In this document: positions 1 through 13,550 of the stretch, piece by piece
How positions within the stretch are numbered: the first letter of the stretch is position 1
How the letters are laid out: every line of letters starts with the position of its first letter
DNA from: Adineta vaga
Taxonomy: Eukaryota; Animalia; Rotifera
DNA: 64,000 bases
Assembly: GCA_021613535.1 (NCBI GenBank)
Contig: CP075492.1
Span: 2,852,001 to 2,916,000, forward strand
Reading direction: 5' to 3'
The notes under the pieces: model-generated
What the model was told of the DNA's origin: nothing
Seen by the model: only the letters and a program-made list of their open reading frames with translations
Database searches by the model: none
Translations under genes and position numbers: made by a program

Positions 1-521
1 AGTTCTTTTAGAGCATTCATTGTTTCTTCAATTGGTACAGTCCTATCGATACGATGAACATAATAAAGATCGATTGAATCAACACCGAGTCTTTTTAAAC
101 TTTTTTCAAATGCTTCATGAACATATTGTGCATCACCACGAACTGAGAAAGATTTGAAATCAGGACTGACTACACACGCGAATTTTGTTGCAAGAAACAC
201 CTATAAATTAGAAAATGTATTCAAATGACTATAATTTCATTATAGACTATCTTTCAGAATCTGTTGTTTTATCAAAATTTATATATTAACCTTTTTACGT
301 TGTTGTGGATATTTCTTGAAATACTTTCCCAATAAATCTTCATTATCACCATAAATGTCGGCACTATCAAAATAAGTACTACCAAGTTCAATAGCACGGT
401 CCAAGACTTTGAATCGTTCTTCATCGGATCCATGAGTTCCATAGGCTGTTGATAAACCCATTGCTCCATAACTAATAGCTGATACTTTTGGACCATTTTT
501 ACCTAATTGCCGTTCAGGCAT
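1..521 (-). CDS. Aldo-keto reductase (YakC/AKR13-like), 3' end runs off the window; exons 521-291 and 200-<1
   Basis: Exon 1 reads MPERQLGKNGPKVSAISYGAMGLS...FDSADIYGDNEDLLG. After a GT-AG intron (290-201), exon 2 reads VFLATKF...SLKRLGVDSIDLYYVHRID. The AKR catalytic D/Y/K/H tetrad is present. Confidence 0.9.
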
Positions 522-1191
522 TAATGGACGAGTAGATAATCGATTACACATATCGACTTTCACAAAGAGAAATAAACAATTTTTATACAGAAATATAAAA
601 TAGTTAAACTGAATTTACACTGCAAATCAATTATCAAATATTCGCAGTATATATACTCATATAGAATACGTGGTAAAATAAAAAAAAAGATGAACGCATT
701 TTCACTATATACTAAAAAAAGAAAGGTGAACGCATTCACACTCTATAGGAAAGAAAGAAAGAAAGAAAGGTGAACGCATTCGTACTATTCTTCAAAATAC
801 GAGGTATTATTACAAAGAGTAAGGTAACTGATTACGTCATTAATGCTATTCGTCAAATGCAATGCAAAGTTTGTCACTACCCAGAAATAACTGATACTTT
901 CTGGCTTCCTAGTGTCACTTTATGGAAATATAAACATGTGTAACCAATAAGCGACGCAAAAGTCTTTGAAAAAATGTCAGATCCTGTTAATTCTTTGAGT
1001 ATTAAGGCTCTGAATTTGAAACGCGCCTTGTCACTTCCTTCATTGTTATATTGGTCTTGAACACAGCAAGATATCGAGGCTAGTTTTCGCTACCACATAG
1101 ACGACACTTCAGACTATACATTTATTCTAAAACTACAGCACTGAAAAGATCTCACACTCCGTAGGCTTCATAGTTTTCTCACAACCGCCTA

Positions 1192-1266
1192 GAGGGTGAG
1201 GATGATTGGAGCATCGTGCGGGTGTAGGTGAAGGCTGAATACCCACACCCACACCTTCAAGATGCA
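1192..1266. repeat. Telomere-like hairpin element (family member)
   Basis: GAGGGTGAGG...GGGTGTAGGTG...CCCACACCCACACCTTCAAGATGCA. Confidence 0.75.
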
Positions 1267-2192
1267 CTAAAAGATCTCCAATTGATTATATATTTATAAT
1301 TGAACATGTATGATTTCTTTATTGTAGAATGAAACAGTTCCATTAAATACTAATCAAACTATTAATCGACTGTTAAGAACAGCGATATGTTCATCAATTT
1401 TTCTAATTGTGATCAAATATATGTTTTTTCCTTGTGTCTCTTGTAATGACGTTTGAAGAATTATTAAACAGTTTATTTCTATTTAACATTTACCATAGCT
1501 TTCTATTAAACGAATAAGATAAAATCATGCCGAAAAGCATTTGTAAACTTTTGGAACAAATTATTTACTCAATTTCACTGTCTACTCATTCATTGATCAA
1601 CATTTTCTTTCTGTTGTATTACATACTTTATCTATTAATGAAATATTTAAAATTAATTAAAAAAAGGAAATTCTAAACTTTTTGTAAATCTAAGAAGATG
1701 TGCGAGCTTGGATAGTTAATCATTTTTTCTTCTGATATAACATCGGACAGACATTAATAAAATGCCATTATTTCTCTAGTGATAGCCCGTTTACAATGCA
1801 TCTTATAGAGAAATTTAAAAAGTGACATCAAAAAACATTTTATCTTTTTTGTATAAGAAGATGACATGAAATGATAAAACCTTGTTGTTTCTAAAAATCC
1901 AACGTAGAACTAATTATCTTTCCTTGTGTAATAATCTTAGTGTCAAATTTTCTCAGTGAGAGTTTCATGCTGTTTTACATTTTAATTTTTTTTATTGAAT
2001 TAAACTGAAAAGATGTTGTTTTATACGAGATGATTTCAATTGTCTAGGAAATCTTTTTTTTTGTAGAAACGGTAATTGAGGCATGTCAAAAACAGAATTC
2101 GACATTAGATTAGGAAATTTCATTTAACTATATACTATCTGTAAGATAGTTAGAAAGTGCACAAGAGAAAAAGAACAATATCCATTTTAGAA

Positions 2193-3217
2193 ATGATCGA
2201 CTATGGACAAGGAATAGTTGGTTTTATTCTAACTTTAATTACTCTAATCCATGGTTTATTTGCGTGTATTATCTCATTTATAGTTATCTGTATTATTATT
2301 ATTCATTATCAATATAATGATCGTTTGAAACGAGAAGAGAAAATTACTCTTTTACTTTCTACTAATATTTATTTATTTATTTTTCTTTATATAACATCAT
2401 TAATTCCATTCAATATACAAGCAATAATTGGCGATATTTATGGATATAATTTTGAGTCATCATGGTGTATATTCAATGCATATTATATTATTGCAATGTG
2501 TTGTGGTCTTTATCATGCCTTTGTTATTCAGGTAAATATTGATCAGAGAGAGAAATTTCTAATAAAATACTAATATCTTTATATTTTGTATTATATACGA
2601 ATTTTTAGGCTTTATTTCGTCTGAACCGCATTGTTTATTTAAAATATCGGTGGACTCAACTTTACTCAACCTATATAGTTGTTACACCTATTCTATTAGT
2701 AGGAGCTTTTATTCTTTTATCTCCTGTTCTCATTTGGCATAGTGTAATCTATTTATCTAACGATCATTTTTGTTGTGTCTCATTCAAAATAACTCGTGGT
2801 GTTCTTTGGGCTGTATTTGTTTGTTATGGTCTTCCTCTTATTTATTTATCTCTTATATATATTCGTATTACACTATTTATTCGCCATCAATCGAATATCG
2901 TAACAATTGCAATAAAACGAAGACAACAACAACATTTACTCGCTGTTCAACGTATTTTCATTAATGTTGGTCTGTTGATGACAACGGGACTTCCAGCTAT
3001 GGTTCTCTTAGTTATTCTGTTCGTTACGGGTGTAGAACATCCTTTACTTTACCGTATCTTATGGATTGGAGCTGAAGTATCTATAGCATTATTGAGTATA
3101 GAAATGCTTTTCATGACGCCTCAACTAAAAAATATTGTTATGAAAAGATGGCGACCAAATCAGAGGAATACTATTAATCGTTCTATTCGAGTAGAACACA
3201 TAACAACTGTTCACTGA
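2193..3217 (+). CDS. Orphan rhodopsin-like 7TM GPCR; exons 2193-2531 and 2609-3217
   Basis: Splicing cag|gtaaat...tttag|GCT joins ORF 2157 to the 2975 frame with no stop. It has about 7 hydrophobic segments, a WC before TM3 and QALFRL at the DRY-equivalent position. Confidence 0.8.
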
Positions 3218-3611
3218 CTTCATGATATTTTATTAATTCTTTGGCCGTCGACATACTAGAGAGAAAAGAATACTTTAGAAAATCAATATAGCTGGGTGTG
3301 GGTGCGGATAGTATATTAAAATAATCAATCTCACTCACAGCCACCCTCCAATCTAGATTCGAAACTATAGCAGATTAATATGAGTATTCAATGGACAAAC
3401 CAGTGTGTTTTTTATCAGTTTATTCTGAATAAAATATAAGATTTTAGTTTGAAAGAAGCAAAACTGGTGAAAAGCAGATTAAGAGAAATACTGAGAAAAA
3501 AAAAGAAATGTGCTTGATTATGAATAATTTAAATGATTTTGAAAAAAAATGTATTGAGTAGTAGCATGCTCAATCATCATGTCATGATAATGAGATAGCC
3601 GTAATTAATAA

Positions 3612-4486
3612 TCAGCCGAGAATCAGCTGACAACTGCCTTGTTGATAATTAATTGCTGTACAGTCATCGTTCATCAAACATGATTTAGAACAGCTCAGTA
3701 ACGTTGTTTGTCCCATGTTGACTTGTTGATATACAGTGGTGCGTTCTTGTTTTCCAATCATGTATGCATGTTGGATATTATTGTTTTCACTAGATATGCT
3801 TCGTCTCCATTGATAAGGAATATCTAGATAGGATTCGCAGACAAAATGAAATAAAAGTGAACAATTTGCGGCTTTCCATTGAGCACCAGTGTTGTTTTGA
3901 GAAATAAAACACTCCATTGAAAGTAAACAATCGTCAGAAGGTTGTTCTAAAATGAGCAATTGACGAAGAGTAATAAAATTTGATATGAACGAATGTATAT
4001 AGAAACGTTTGATATCATATTTACATTCATCCTATGTTGTTGTTACTATCTAACCGAGCTCTGCGACAATCCGTCAAAAATCTGATCAGCTACCTATTTA
4101 ACTCAATGAGATTTATCTATCAACTTGATTCTTCTGAAAAGTCATATAACCATACCCAAGTTACTGAATGTAATTGGTTTGCCTGAGAGCCATACACTAT
4201 AATTGTTAATACCACATGATCGAGTAAGTCCAATGAAGAAAGGAGTCTGTATAAGCGTGGGTATATTCAGTATGCGTTTTTGTTCATTAGCTGACTCGAT
4301 TTCTACAAGAGTCATATTCATTGATTGACAACACATTTGAGCACTAGCAAAATCCGCTTTGTTTTTTGATACGAGATAAGATGAATAATTGCTGAAACTG
4401 CAAGTTGAGCTATTTACTACTAAAAATATTAATAGTATAAGCCACTTTATGTTTGAAAAAGGGAAAATATTGAGCAAAACCATCAT
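3612..4486 (-). CDS. Secreted C-type lectin with a C-terminal PAN/Apple-like domain (multi-exon, internal junctions uncertain)
   Basis: Signal peptide; A..CC...M.LVEIESANEQ, FFIGL, W....C...HFVCE (CTL motifs); then CSKSCLMNDDCTAINYQQGSCQL (Apple-like). Confidence 0.7.
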
Positions 4487-5064
4487 TTACTTTTTAAAGA
4501 TTGTGGAAACAGACTTTAATTGATAAAAAAAAACGAGTGTTTTCAAAGGAGTTCTCTTACTACAAAATCACTTCGTCTCGATCAAGCTTTTATTATCTAA
4601 TAAATTTATGAATGTAGAAAATGTTGTTGATAGACGAAGGGTTAAACGCCATACAAATTCAAAACCTTAATATGAAATAACATCCTACATGTTCGTTAAA
4701 TCCATCGGTGTAAGGAATTATTGGAAAAACTTCAATCGACTACTAACTTGCATTACGTTCGTTGACAAACTTTTAGAGAGTTAACTGAGGAATGGAATAG
4801 TTTAGAATGAGATCCAATAAATGCATTTGAAAAGAGAATACACTTTGATGGATATTTATTGTTTAATTTCATAAAACACACTATCGACATTTCAGTTTAT
4901 AGATAGTTTCAATAGAAAATCTTTTCATAGCCGGATCGTTAACAACGATAGTAATTGTTTCTTTCAATTAATATCATAACTTATCACTGATTTCAGTGAT
5001 GTTTGTCAAAATATTGGATAGGAAATTCTCTCGTAGATTAAATATATACGAACACTCTAATTAC

Positions 5065-5682
5065 CTGAGTGGTCGGTCGTCGGTAATGATGCTTCTGCTG
5101 TTGTTGATGATATTGTCGATGTTGATGTTGTCTTTGTTGTGGTACGTTGACGTTGATGTTGATGTTGTCTTTGTTGTGGTAGTTGATGTTGATGTTGTTG
5201 ATGTTGATGTCGTTGATGTTGATGTTGATGTTGATGTTGATGTTGACGTTGATGTTGATGTTGATGTTGACGTTGATGTTGACGTTGATGTTGATGTTGT
5301 GGTAGTTGATGTTGACGTTGATGTTGACGTTGATGTTGATGTTGATGTTGTTGATGTTGATGTTGATGTTGACGTTGATGTTGTTGATGTTGATGTTGAT
5401 GTTGATGTTGATGTTGTCTTTGTTGTGGTTGTTGTTGATGTTGACGTTGATGTTGATGTTGATGTTGTCTTTGTTGTGGTAGTTGATGTTGATGTTGTTG
5501 ATGTTGATGTTGATGTTGATGTTGATGTTGTTGATGTTGTTGATGTTTGATGTTGTTGATGTTGATGTTGATGTTGTTGATGTTGATGTTGATGTTGTTG
5601 ATGTTGTTGATGATGTTGTTGATGTTGATGATGTAGTTGATGTTGTTGATGTTGATGTTGTGGTAGTTGTTGTTGTTGTGTC
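5065..5682 (-). repeat. (GATGTT)n/(GTT)n low-complexity tract; on the minus strand a Thr/Ser-rich mucin-like exon, probably part of the NHL gene
   Basis: Minus strand reads ACA TCA ACA (TSTS...). It is bounded by an acceptor (~5682) and a donor (~5064). A 1-nt phase slip occurs near 5547 (gatgtttga). Confidence 0.75.
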
Positions 5683-6633
5683 TGAAGAAAATAAATTTTT
5701 TTTAGTTTGTTAAATCAAGTTATTGATAACTATCAATTCGAATCCTCAAAAAGAAAGATTAATACCGTATTATAATTAGTTAAATTCAAAGATTTGTGAA
5801 TTGTACTAAAGTTTAAATTTCAAGAATATATGATTTATTTATAGAAGAAGAAGAAGACAATTGACTGCGATAATTCTGTTTTACAGATTAGCATAACATT
5901 CAATGCAAAAAAGTTTTGCTTTTTCTACGATATTCACTTACACAGAAACGTCAACAGCAAAACTTTCTACTAAAATATTGTTTGTATTGATTTCAAGATT
6001 GAAATGAGTGAGTGCAATGGTGATAAAATGTTGTCTGGAGCAGACTCTTTAAATTGTAGTAAATGAGTTAAGAGTTATTCATTTTCACAAAAAGCTGATA
6101 GAATTTATGAAAAATTACTTAGACTCGTCAAAAGTGACGGTAATTCTTTGGAATACAACATGATTCTCAAAGAAATAAGAACATAGATCCTGGTGGATAT
6201 TAATCTTGTCGGATCCTCATGCCTCGTAGGATTCGCTTTATCCACCTTAAATGAGTGTAACTATGACTGTTTTCGTGTGTCTCACGAACATGCATCCAAA
6301 GACATATCCTTAAATCTTTATTTTCTCAATTTTTAATTATTAAATACTTAATCTACTTGCATACACATTTAGCGATAGGAAAACATTTTAGTCTATATTT
6401 ACGAATTCTTGCATTGAAATGCTTTGAAATTAATCAAATATCATTATAGAAAACAGTTAATTCAGTTTTCTGACACAAGAATAGAAATTTCGAACTATTT
6501 AAAGATCGCTTTCATTTAAAAGATGTTAATGAAAGTCATATAGTGTCAGTCTCATCAGTTAAAAGTGAAACTATCATAGAGAAAATCTTTTCGTCGTTTT
6601 CTATTGCTCGAGTAAAGATATTAGTGAAACTTA

Positions 6634-7508
6634 CCGCATGAGTTACTAGTGAGAGTATATTTCATGATGCGATCATTTTCTCGATCGCTAACATATAAGT
6701 TCCCATAGGTGTCGAAAGCAAGTGATCGTGGACCCTGTAACTGATTGAGTGCTGAGCCACTTCCAGAACAACCAACTAAACATCGATATCCGAATGGTCC
6801 TGATCCTACGATTCTATTATTTCCTTGATCCACAATGAATAAATATCCATTACTGTCAAGTACAACACCCATTGGACAAAATAGACTGATTGTTCCCGAT
6901 ACCATGCTTCCAACCATCCTCTGTTCCATTGAACTCGCCTCGTCTAAAACAGATTATTCTAGATTGTCCATAATCAGCTACATATAAAGTAAAATTATTA
7001 TCAACGAAAATTCCATGAGGATTATTAAGCGTGTTTAATCCTGATCCAGAGGTGCCATTGCCTGCGACTATTGTTGCATTATTTGTACTTGAACTCAGTG
7101 GCCTTTTAAGCACTGTATGGCTATTGCTCGCACTGCAGTAGAGAGTATCGTTGATGTCAACAAAAATCCCCATACATTGTGCAGTGACAATCATCACGTT
7201 GGTACCACTTGTTGAGTTAGAAGACCACATAAGGACGTTACCACTGCCACCGTTATCAATATAAACATTACCATTACTTGTAACAAAGATAGCAGCTGGA
7301 TTATTGATACTAGATGACGCCGTGCTAATTGGATTACCACCTGCACTAGACCATACTTGAAAACGGTTGGTAACTTGTTCAGCGACATAAATGCTATCGT
7401 TAGTATTAATGAATAAACCGAAAGGCTTTGAGCTAGCATTGATGAAATAAGTTCCAGTTGAATTCCAAGTTGCACATGGAGAAAAGTTCAGTTGGTTAAA
7501 TGATAGAC
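6634..7508 (-). pseudogene. NHL-repeat beta-propeller exon with a frameshift near 6920
   Basis: Reads LSFNQLNFSPCATWNSTG...PFGLFIN..., LNNPHGIFVDNNFTLYVADYGQSRI, then shifts frame to PMGVVLDSNGYLFIVDQGNNRI and GPRSLAFDTYGNLYVSDRENDRI. Acceptor at 7509 and donor near 6633. The frameshift could be an assembly error. Confidence 0.7.
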
Positions 7509-7782
7509 CTATTAAATCAAAGATAGTTTTGTCGCTTTTAATCAGTAATGTGCTTATGTAGAAGTGTATTTCATCTTATTTTAATTTTGTTTCTGATTAC
7601 CAGGAGATGCTTAATTCGATTTGTCATATGAATGAATTTTTACAAACTTCTTCTGACTTCAAAAATAAACGATAAAACAAACTTTTAACGCATCAATTTA
7701 GAATATTTCGCGTATTAATAAAAACATCCTCTTTTTGTTTCTTTTCCTGAGTTGGCAGGCAACTATTCATTTTATCGTCTCT

Positions 7783-7970
7783 GTCTATCTATATAAGGAA
7801 GAAATTTTGTTTATCCGTATGTTCGCTATGCATTCAGTCCCTTTTACAGTTATAATGTCAAAAAAACTTTTCACAGTGGTAGCTTAGGTCTGAGGGTAGG
7901 TCGACGGGGGTTTGGTATGGTCATATGGCGGTGGGGGAAGAGGGTACAAATTTACCCAGGTGGTTCTGAG
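7783..7970 (+). mobile_element. Non-autonomous repeat copy 1 (Helitron/Helentron-like 5' end), truncated by a hairpin element
   Basis: Begins TCTATCTATATAAGGAAGAA. It shares GTTCGCTATGCATTCAGTCCC and the TAGGTC...ACCCAGGT.GTTC blocks with 8913-9240. Confidence 0.55.
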
Positions 7971-8015
7971 ATGGGTGTGGGTGTGGGTGTACTCATCTTA
8001 CCCACACCCACCCTA
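7968..8015. repeat. Telomere-like hairpin element
   Basis: GGGTGTGGGTGTGGGTGTACTCATCTTACCCACACCCACCC. Confidence 0.8.
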
Positions 8016-8466
8016 GAGGAAACTATATGAGAAGATCTTGCATCAGAAACTGTCAGGAGACGGGTGAATTTGGAATGCTACATAATATAAGTTGTTCTAT
8101 GTTAGATATCTGCGACAGGATGTGTTGTGGTATAGATGAAGAATTTCAAGGACAACCCTATGTGCATCTCCTGTCGTTTTCTGATACACGAAGTTTTCTG
8201 TATGGAAGGTTCTCGACCATCATTGGATACCTCCGCTGGTTTATGATAAATGATACATGAATATAGACATTTTGATTTATAAATAGTTAGGTCTTTCCGT
8301 ATTTTTTCTATACACTTTATTCATATTGTAAGTGAAATTCGGAAAGTGGTCCTAATTAAAACTCATTTTCTTTTTTTCTTTCATGCTGAACAACATCTCC
8401 GACTGTTTCCAGAAATAGCATTTTATTTATTTAATGGAGAGCGTTAAAGTCACTGAATAGAAGATT

Positions 8467-8894
8467 TGATGCGTTATAGCGTTTTCCGGGAAACTCGATT
8501 TCTATCAGGGAAATTAGGACCCTTATAGACTTTTGTTTATGACTGCCATAATGGAAATAATCTATAGTATGTCCATTTTAAGATGTTGGACTGGTTTCGA
8601 CAGAACAGAATGAATCGTACATCCACAAAGATAGGAGTTCTTAAAGTTCCCTCAAATTTTTTTGAAAATAATTTCGACTGTGCTAGGAAACAAATCTCAT
8701 CACCCTTCGTGCACCCTCACTAAGATAGAACCCTCATCACCCTTCGTGACACCGTCAATAAAAAGTTTGTGTATTGGACTTAGAATAACCACTTCGACTA
8801 TCAAGAGTTTTTGGAAAATGTTTTTTTTTATTTCCGGGAAATTCATCTTACTTCCGAATACATGTAATTTCCGTGAAAACGCTATAACGCATCA
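8467..8894. mobile_element. MITE with ~27-bp terminal inverted repeats
   Basis: TGATGCGTTATAGCGTTTTCCGGGAAA at 8467 pairs with TTTCCGTGAAAACGCTATAACGCATCA ending at 8894. A related solo end lies at ~10921-10946. No clear TSD. Confidence 0.75.
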
Positions 8895-8912
8895 TATGGA
8901 ATAGAAATAAGT

Positions 8913-9240
8913 AATCTATGTATATACAAAGAAGAATGCTTGTCTGTTCGCTATGCATTCAGTCCCAGTAATAGCTGATGTCACCAAACTATCCACAATG
9001 CTTCCCTAGGTCCAGAGGAAGGTCATAGGGGGGTGGGGTGGGCGGCGTGGGTGAAATTTCACCCAGGTAGTTCCGTGATAGATAACATCCCGAAACTTTC
9101 CACAATGCTTCTTTAGGTCCACAGGAAGATCGACATGGGATTAGAATAGTCATCGGAGGGTCGGGGTGGGGGGCGTGGGTGTCTGCATCCAAAATGCACA
9201 ATTGTAATGTCTGGGTTGGGTTCTAAAAAAACTGAATCTG
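8913..9240 (+). mobile_element. Non-autonomous repeat copy 2 (Helitron/Helentron-like)
   Basis: ATCTATGTATATACAAAGAAGAATGCTTGTCTGTTCGCTATGCATTCAGTCCC, with an internal duplication CCACAATGCTTC...TAGGTCCA and G-rich tracts. A similar start occurs at ~62712. Confidence 0.55.
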
Positions 9241-10151
9241 GAGTAAAATGACTACTCTAATTGTATGGAGTCGAAGTGAAGTTTATGAATTAGAGAATGA
9301 CTTGCAGCGAGCGTCTGAGAATAGGCAGATCAACCGAGGGACTGGAGTTGCAGCGGGACGGTAGGAGTGAGTTTTGAAAGGAACAGCGCTGTATGTCGCA
9401 TACATAGCGAGACAAGACCAGTAGGAAGGAACTCATGAAGAGATGCAAAAAGTTCTGAAAAAAGACCTGATGCATGATCTGAAAAAGGATATAGGGGGGT
9501 TTCAGTACGGACGTGAAAGACAAGTAACTCGCGCTAGAGTGGCGACCTGAAGGATTACAGTAGCTAAGGCAGAGCATGAAAGGAGGGTGTGAGGGTTTTT
9601 TTGACACACGACGGGTAAATACCAAAGTAGAGGTCCGGTGGGTGATCAGAGAAGCACTGTTGTAGATGGAAAACGTAAATTGAGTCCTCTTTGCAGCGGG
9701 TATCTCCGCTAGTAGCTTTACAAAACACGACTGATAATGGGGATGGATGGTGAATAATAGACTTTCACAGATGTACATAATACTGTTGTGCAACACTAAA
9801 AAGCGGCAAAAATATTTCGTTTTTTTGACAAACTAGTCTTTTTCCCAGTATCTAAATTGAGTTTGTCATCTAAACTGTTGGATAACTGTTAAAGTGTTTC
9901 TGTTTTGTCCAATTATTTTAAGTTAAAAAAAAATTACCTGTACTGAAATGCAACAGAGTTGAAATCAACAGCCATATACCAATATACGAAAGTATCATTA
10001 ATAATCGTCTTCTGAAATTATCTCCTAGATTAAAAAAAGACAAATGAATCAGACGAAATGATCTAAAACTCCAATGGTGAACAATGTAAAACAGAGATGG
10101 GCAAGTCAAGTCACATTAAACAGATCATTTGAATCCTTACTAGAATATTCT

Positions 10152-10228
10152 TTGAGGGTGTGGGTAGGGATGAGGTATGGGATGAGTGTGGATAATACAT
10201 GTATCTAACATCCTACACCCTCAAGATG
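10152..10228. repeat. Telomere-like hairpin element
   Basis: TTGAGGGTGTGGGTAGGG...CCTACACCCTCAAGATG. Confidence 0.78.
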
Positions 10229-11153
10229 GTTCTCTTTTTCGACGACATCGTGCTAAAATGTCTAGGAAAACGTTGCAAATGTTAACCATGTTGAAATGCA
10301 ACAAATAGTTTATATGACTTTTTTCTCATATATAAATAGTTGTTCAAAGTAATTATAATTTTTTTTGCAGGTCATGACTTGCCCATCTCTGATGTAAAAT
10401 CTAGACTTACTCGAATGAAGTAGTTTGACTGTTTGCAATCAACTAATAATATGTCAAACAAAACTAAAAAACGTAAAAAAGTTATTGAAGAAAGAATAAT
10501 ATAATAGAAAGCTTTATTTTTCTCCTAAAGATTTTTTCAAAAACTACCTTTTTCTTAGATATTTCATCGATTAGTTACATACGCTTTCATGTTTTCTAGT
10601 TTTAATTAGGATAAAAATATTTACTATCGTTTTTTGAATGGTTACAAGTAGTTGTAAACAGATAGTGGATATGTTTTAAAAGTATATCATAAATCAAATG
10701 CAGAAATATCGGGTTCATATTTGAGTATTATATGAACTGCAAAAGATAAAGCAGAAGGTATGGGTGTGGGTGATGGTTGTGCTTTATGGTTAGCATCTTG
10801 GTGCAAACCACGCACACGCGTTTTGTGTAGATGTTGCTTAATAATGATATGATTTTCTCATGGAGGTGCATATCCTGCGAGATCATGACACTACATCATC
10901 ACAGGCGTTGTAAAAGTGATTTTCGCGGAAAACGCAATAACGCATGAAATGAAGATATAAGTACAGAAAGTAATGTCAAAATGAACTCTGATAAATAAAT
11001 AGCAAGTAGAAGTAAATTAGATTGTTTCATACGCTGTTGATGAAGTGAAGAAAAAAATGTGTTGTCTAGAAATGGGATGGAAAAGGAAGTAGTATCTATA
11101 GAACAGCAGTCCCCTACAAAATTTTCACTTTCAAATTTACATTCTCGTTAGTG

Positions 11154-13550
11154 ATGACATCGAAACGTGTATCTCTCTTGCTTTTATGTATATGGTTCGT
11201 ACCATTAGTGGCGGAAGACATGCAATCATTTCAAATGTCATTAATGACCGTTTGGAAGTTTTAGTGTGTTAATACAACATGTCCATCACTCATCACTGTT
11301 GTAGTACCAAATATTCGCAGATGTCAAATGGCTTGTTTAAAACAAGTGCAATGTAAAGCAGGTAGTTTTCATCAAGTAACTCCGAATTGTAAATTGCTTG
11401 GTGATATATTGAATCAAAACATGAGCATGTTGCCGGACAGCAGTGTTATTAGTATGGTTATCATAAGTGAATCAAGATTTTCACCAGCTAAATAGCATCA
11501 ATAGAACGAACATAAGAAGGAATTCGATCGAAAATATCGATGAAGATTATGTCACTTTCAGTAGTCTCACAGAGGTGTGGGTGAAAAGATGGTTCTAAGA
11601 ATTGATGTACAACGGCGTTCAGATACACATAAACTCACACTCATATTGTATCTTTAGTCAGTATATTGTTATTTAAAAAAAAAGCAGCATGCACACGTCT
11701 CTATGCTAGTGTATCCATAATGTCAAAGATCTGTCCACCACCTATCGGGCCACGGACCGATGTTGAAATAAACATCTAACATAGACACGCATTTACAACC
11801 ATACCCTAGGTTGCTGCGGACTTTCTTCCTGTATACGATAGGTTAATAAATAAAAAGCATGTAGTGGTAGGAGATGAAAAAGATTAGATGGAGAAAAATT
11901 CCTTTGACGGATACTATGTAATGTTCAGATAAAGAGACGACAGTGACCACTTTGTCGTCTGGTTAGTTTGTAGTATAGCTTTTTATTTAGCAATGCTTTG
12001 GGCACACTAAATATTTTCCTTTCCTTAATGCAACTTGGAATTTTACTCGGGCAAACCAGTTAGATAAATTTTCCATGCTCAACGTATGGTATAATATATC
12101 AGATTGGTATGATTTAAAAATAATCGCCACTGATATAGTTATGCTAATTGTATATTTCATAATGTTAAAGATTCAACTGAATATCTTCTGACTATCTCTG
12201 AAATAATATATTCTCTTAATCTAGAGTCTCGCATGAAATAAAACAAGACATTCATTTCAAATTATAAAGTGTATTTCAACACAGACTAGAAAATAGGTCA
12301 GATCGACATTATTTTTTATCCAAAAACTTCATTTAATTGCCATGCATATCTTTTTAATAGAACCAACCACATCGGGGACATCTTCGCCACCAACATCCTC
12401 GTCAACATCAACAACATCGCCAACGTCATCAACATCGTCTACGATGACATCACCAGCTAGTTTGTTATATGTTGCTCGATTGTTATTCGTTGACCTATCC
12501 ATTTCTAATCGACAGTAGATTCGAGCGAGTAGAATGAGAAGCTTTAGTCTGCATCTTATGGTTATATTGTATCGAGATAATTTGATTTAGAGAACATCTG
12601 AAGCGTCTAAGCGATGAAAATAGGTTTATAACAGAAATACTTAAATACATATTCTTCATTTCGTGTAGGGTTGCCTACTTTCACATACGTAACTCTCGCC
12701 ACTTTATAGTCACATTCTCGAGTTTGTCCTGTGAAACGTTATTTTGAGTTCCGTTCAGTAGAAAGAGGTTGCCTTGAACATACAATATTTATAGAGTTTC
12801 ATACTAAACCCTAACTAAATATTGAGGTTTAGCAGTGAGCTATCAAGGTCCACTACTAGAGTCTACAAACTTGGTTCTTTTTAGGAAAGTATGTTTTTAC
12901 TGTACAGAAATTAGAAGAGGATTTTACTGTGCGTCTGGAACCTAAAATAAATGTGCTACGAGCCGTAAGTTGTAATAATATATAGTTACTGTAAAGTTTC
13001 TCCTAGTAATAGATGGTGTTGTTGATTTAAATTTAGAGAGAAACATACCTGCCCGTTCTTTTATTTGGAATAGTGAATCTTCTTGACATTATTCCTTCAT
13101 GATACCTACAGAGATTTCGAGTCACGTTATAATGCAGATACTTAAGGATGTAAAATAGGGTGTTAAGTATAACTTATATTTTAATATTCATATCCAGAAT
13201 GTAGCAACCAACTGATCTAGTAAAGAAATTACGCACATGACTATACATAACGGTATAGAAAACTACACATTCTTTGATTCTTACAGTAATATTTTTAGTT
13301 CTTTATTTGTGCTATTTAGTATGGAGACTTACAGCAGATATGAATATTACACGAGAATCGTTTACAGCATCGGTGTTAGCAGATGGAAGGGTGCTAGTCA
13401 CAGGTGGATTGGCTAGTAGTGGTTCTCTCAACAGTGCTGAACTATACAATCCGTCGACTGGCACCTGGACAGCAACAGCAAATATATGAATACTGCACGA
13501 CGCTATCACGCAGCGTCGGTCTTGCTAAATGGAACAGTGCTTCTCTCAAC
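11154..13550 (+). pseudogene. Signal peptide-Apple domain / Thr-Ser linker / Kelch-repeat gene, disabled; exons ~11154-11487, 12361-12459, 13320-~13550
   Basis: MTSKRVSLLLLCIWFVPLVAED...WKF*CVNTTC...CQMACLKQVQCKAGSF...NCKL has an in-frame TAG at 11262 and a non-GT donor. A linker exon reads EPTTSGTSSPP. The Kelch exon (SVLADGRVLVTGG...AELYNPSTGTW) has a frameshift near 13486 and is truncated. Confidence 0.7.

Noticed and set aside
4996-5713. Poly-VD ORFs on the plus strand
   Set aside because: These are the antisense shadow of a Thr/Ser-rich exon whose splice sites are on the minus strand.
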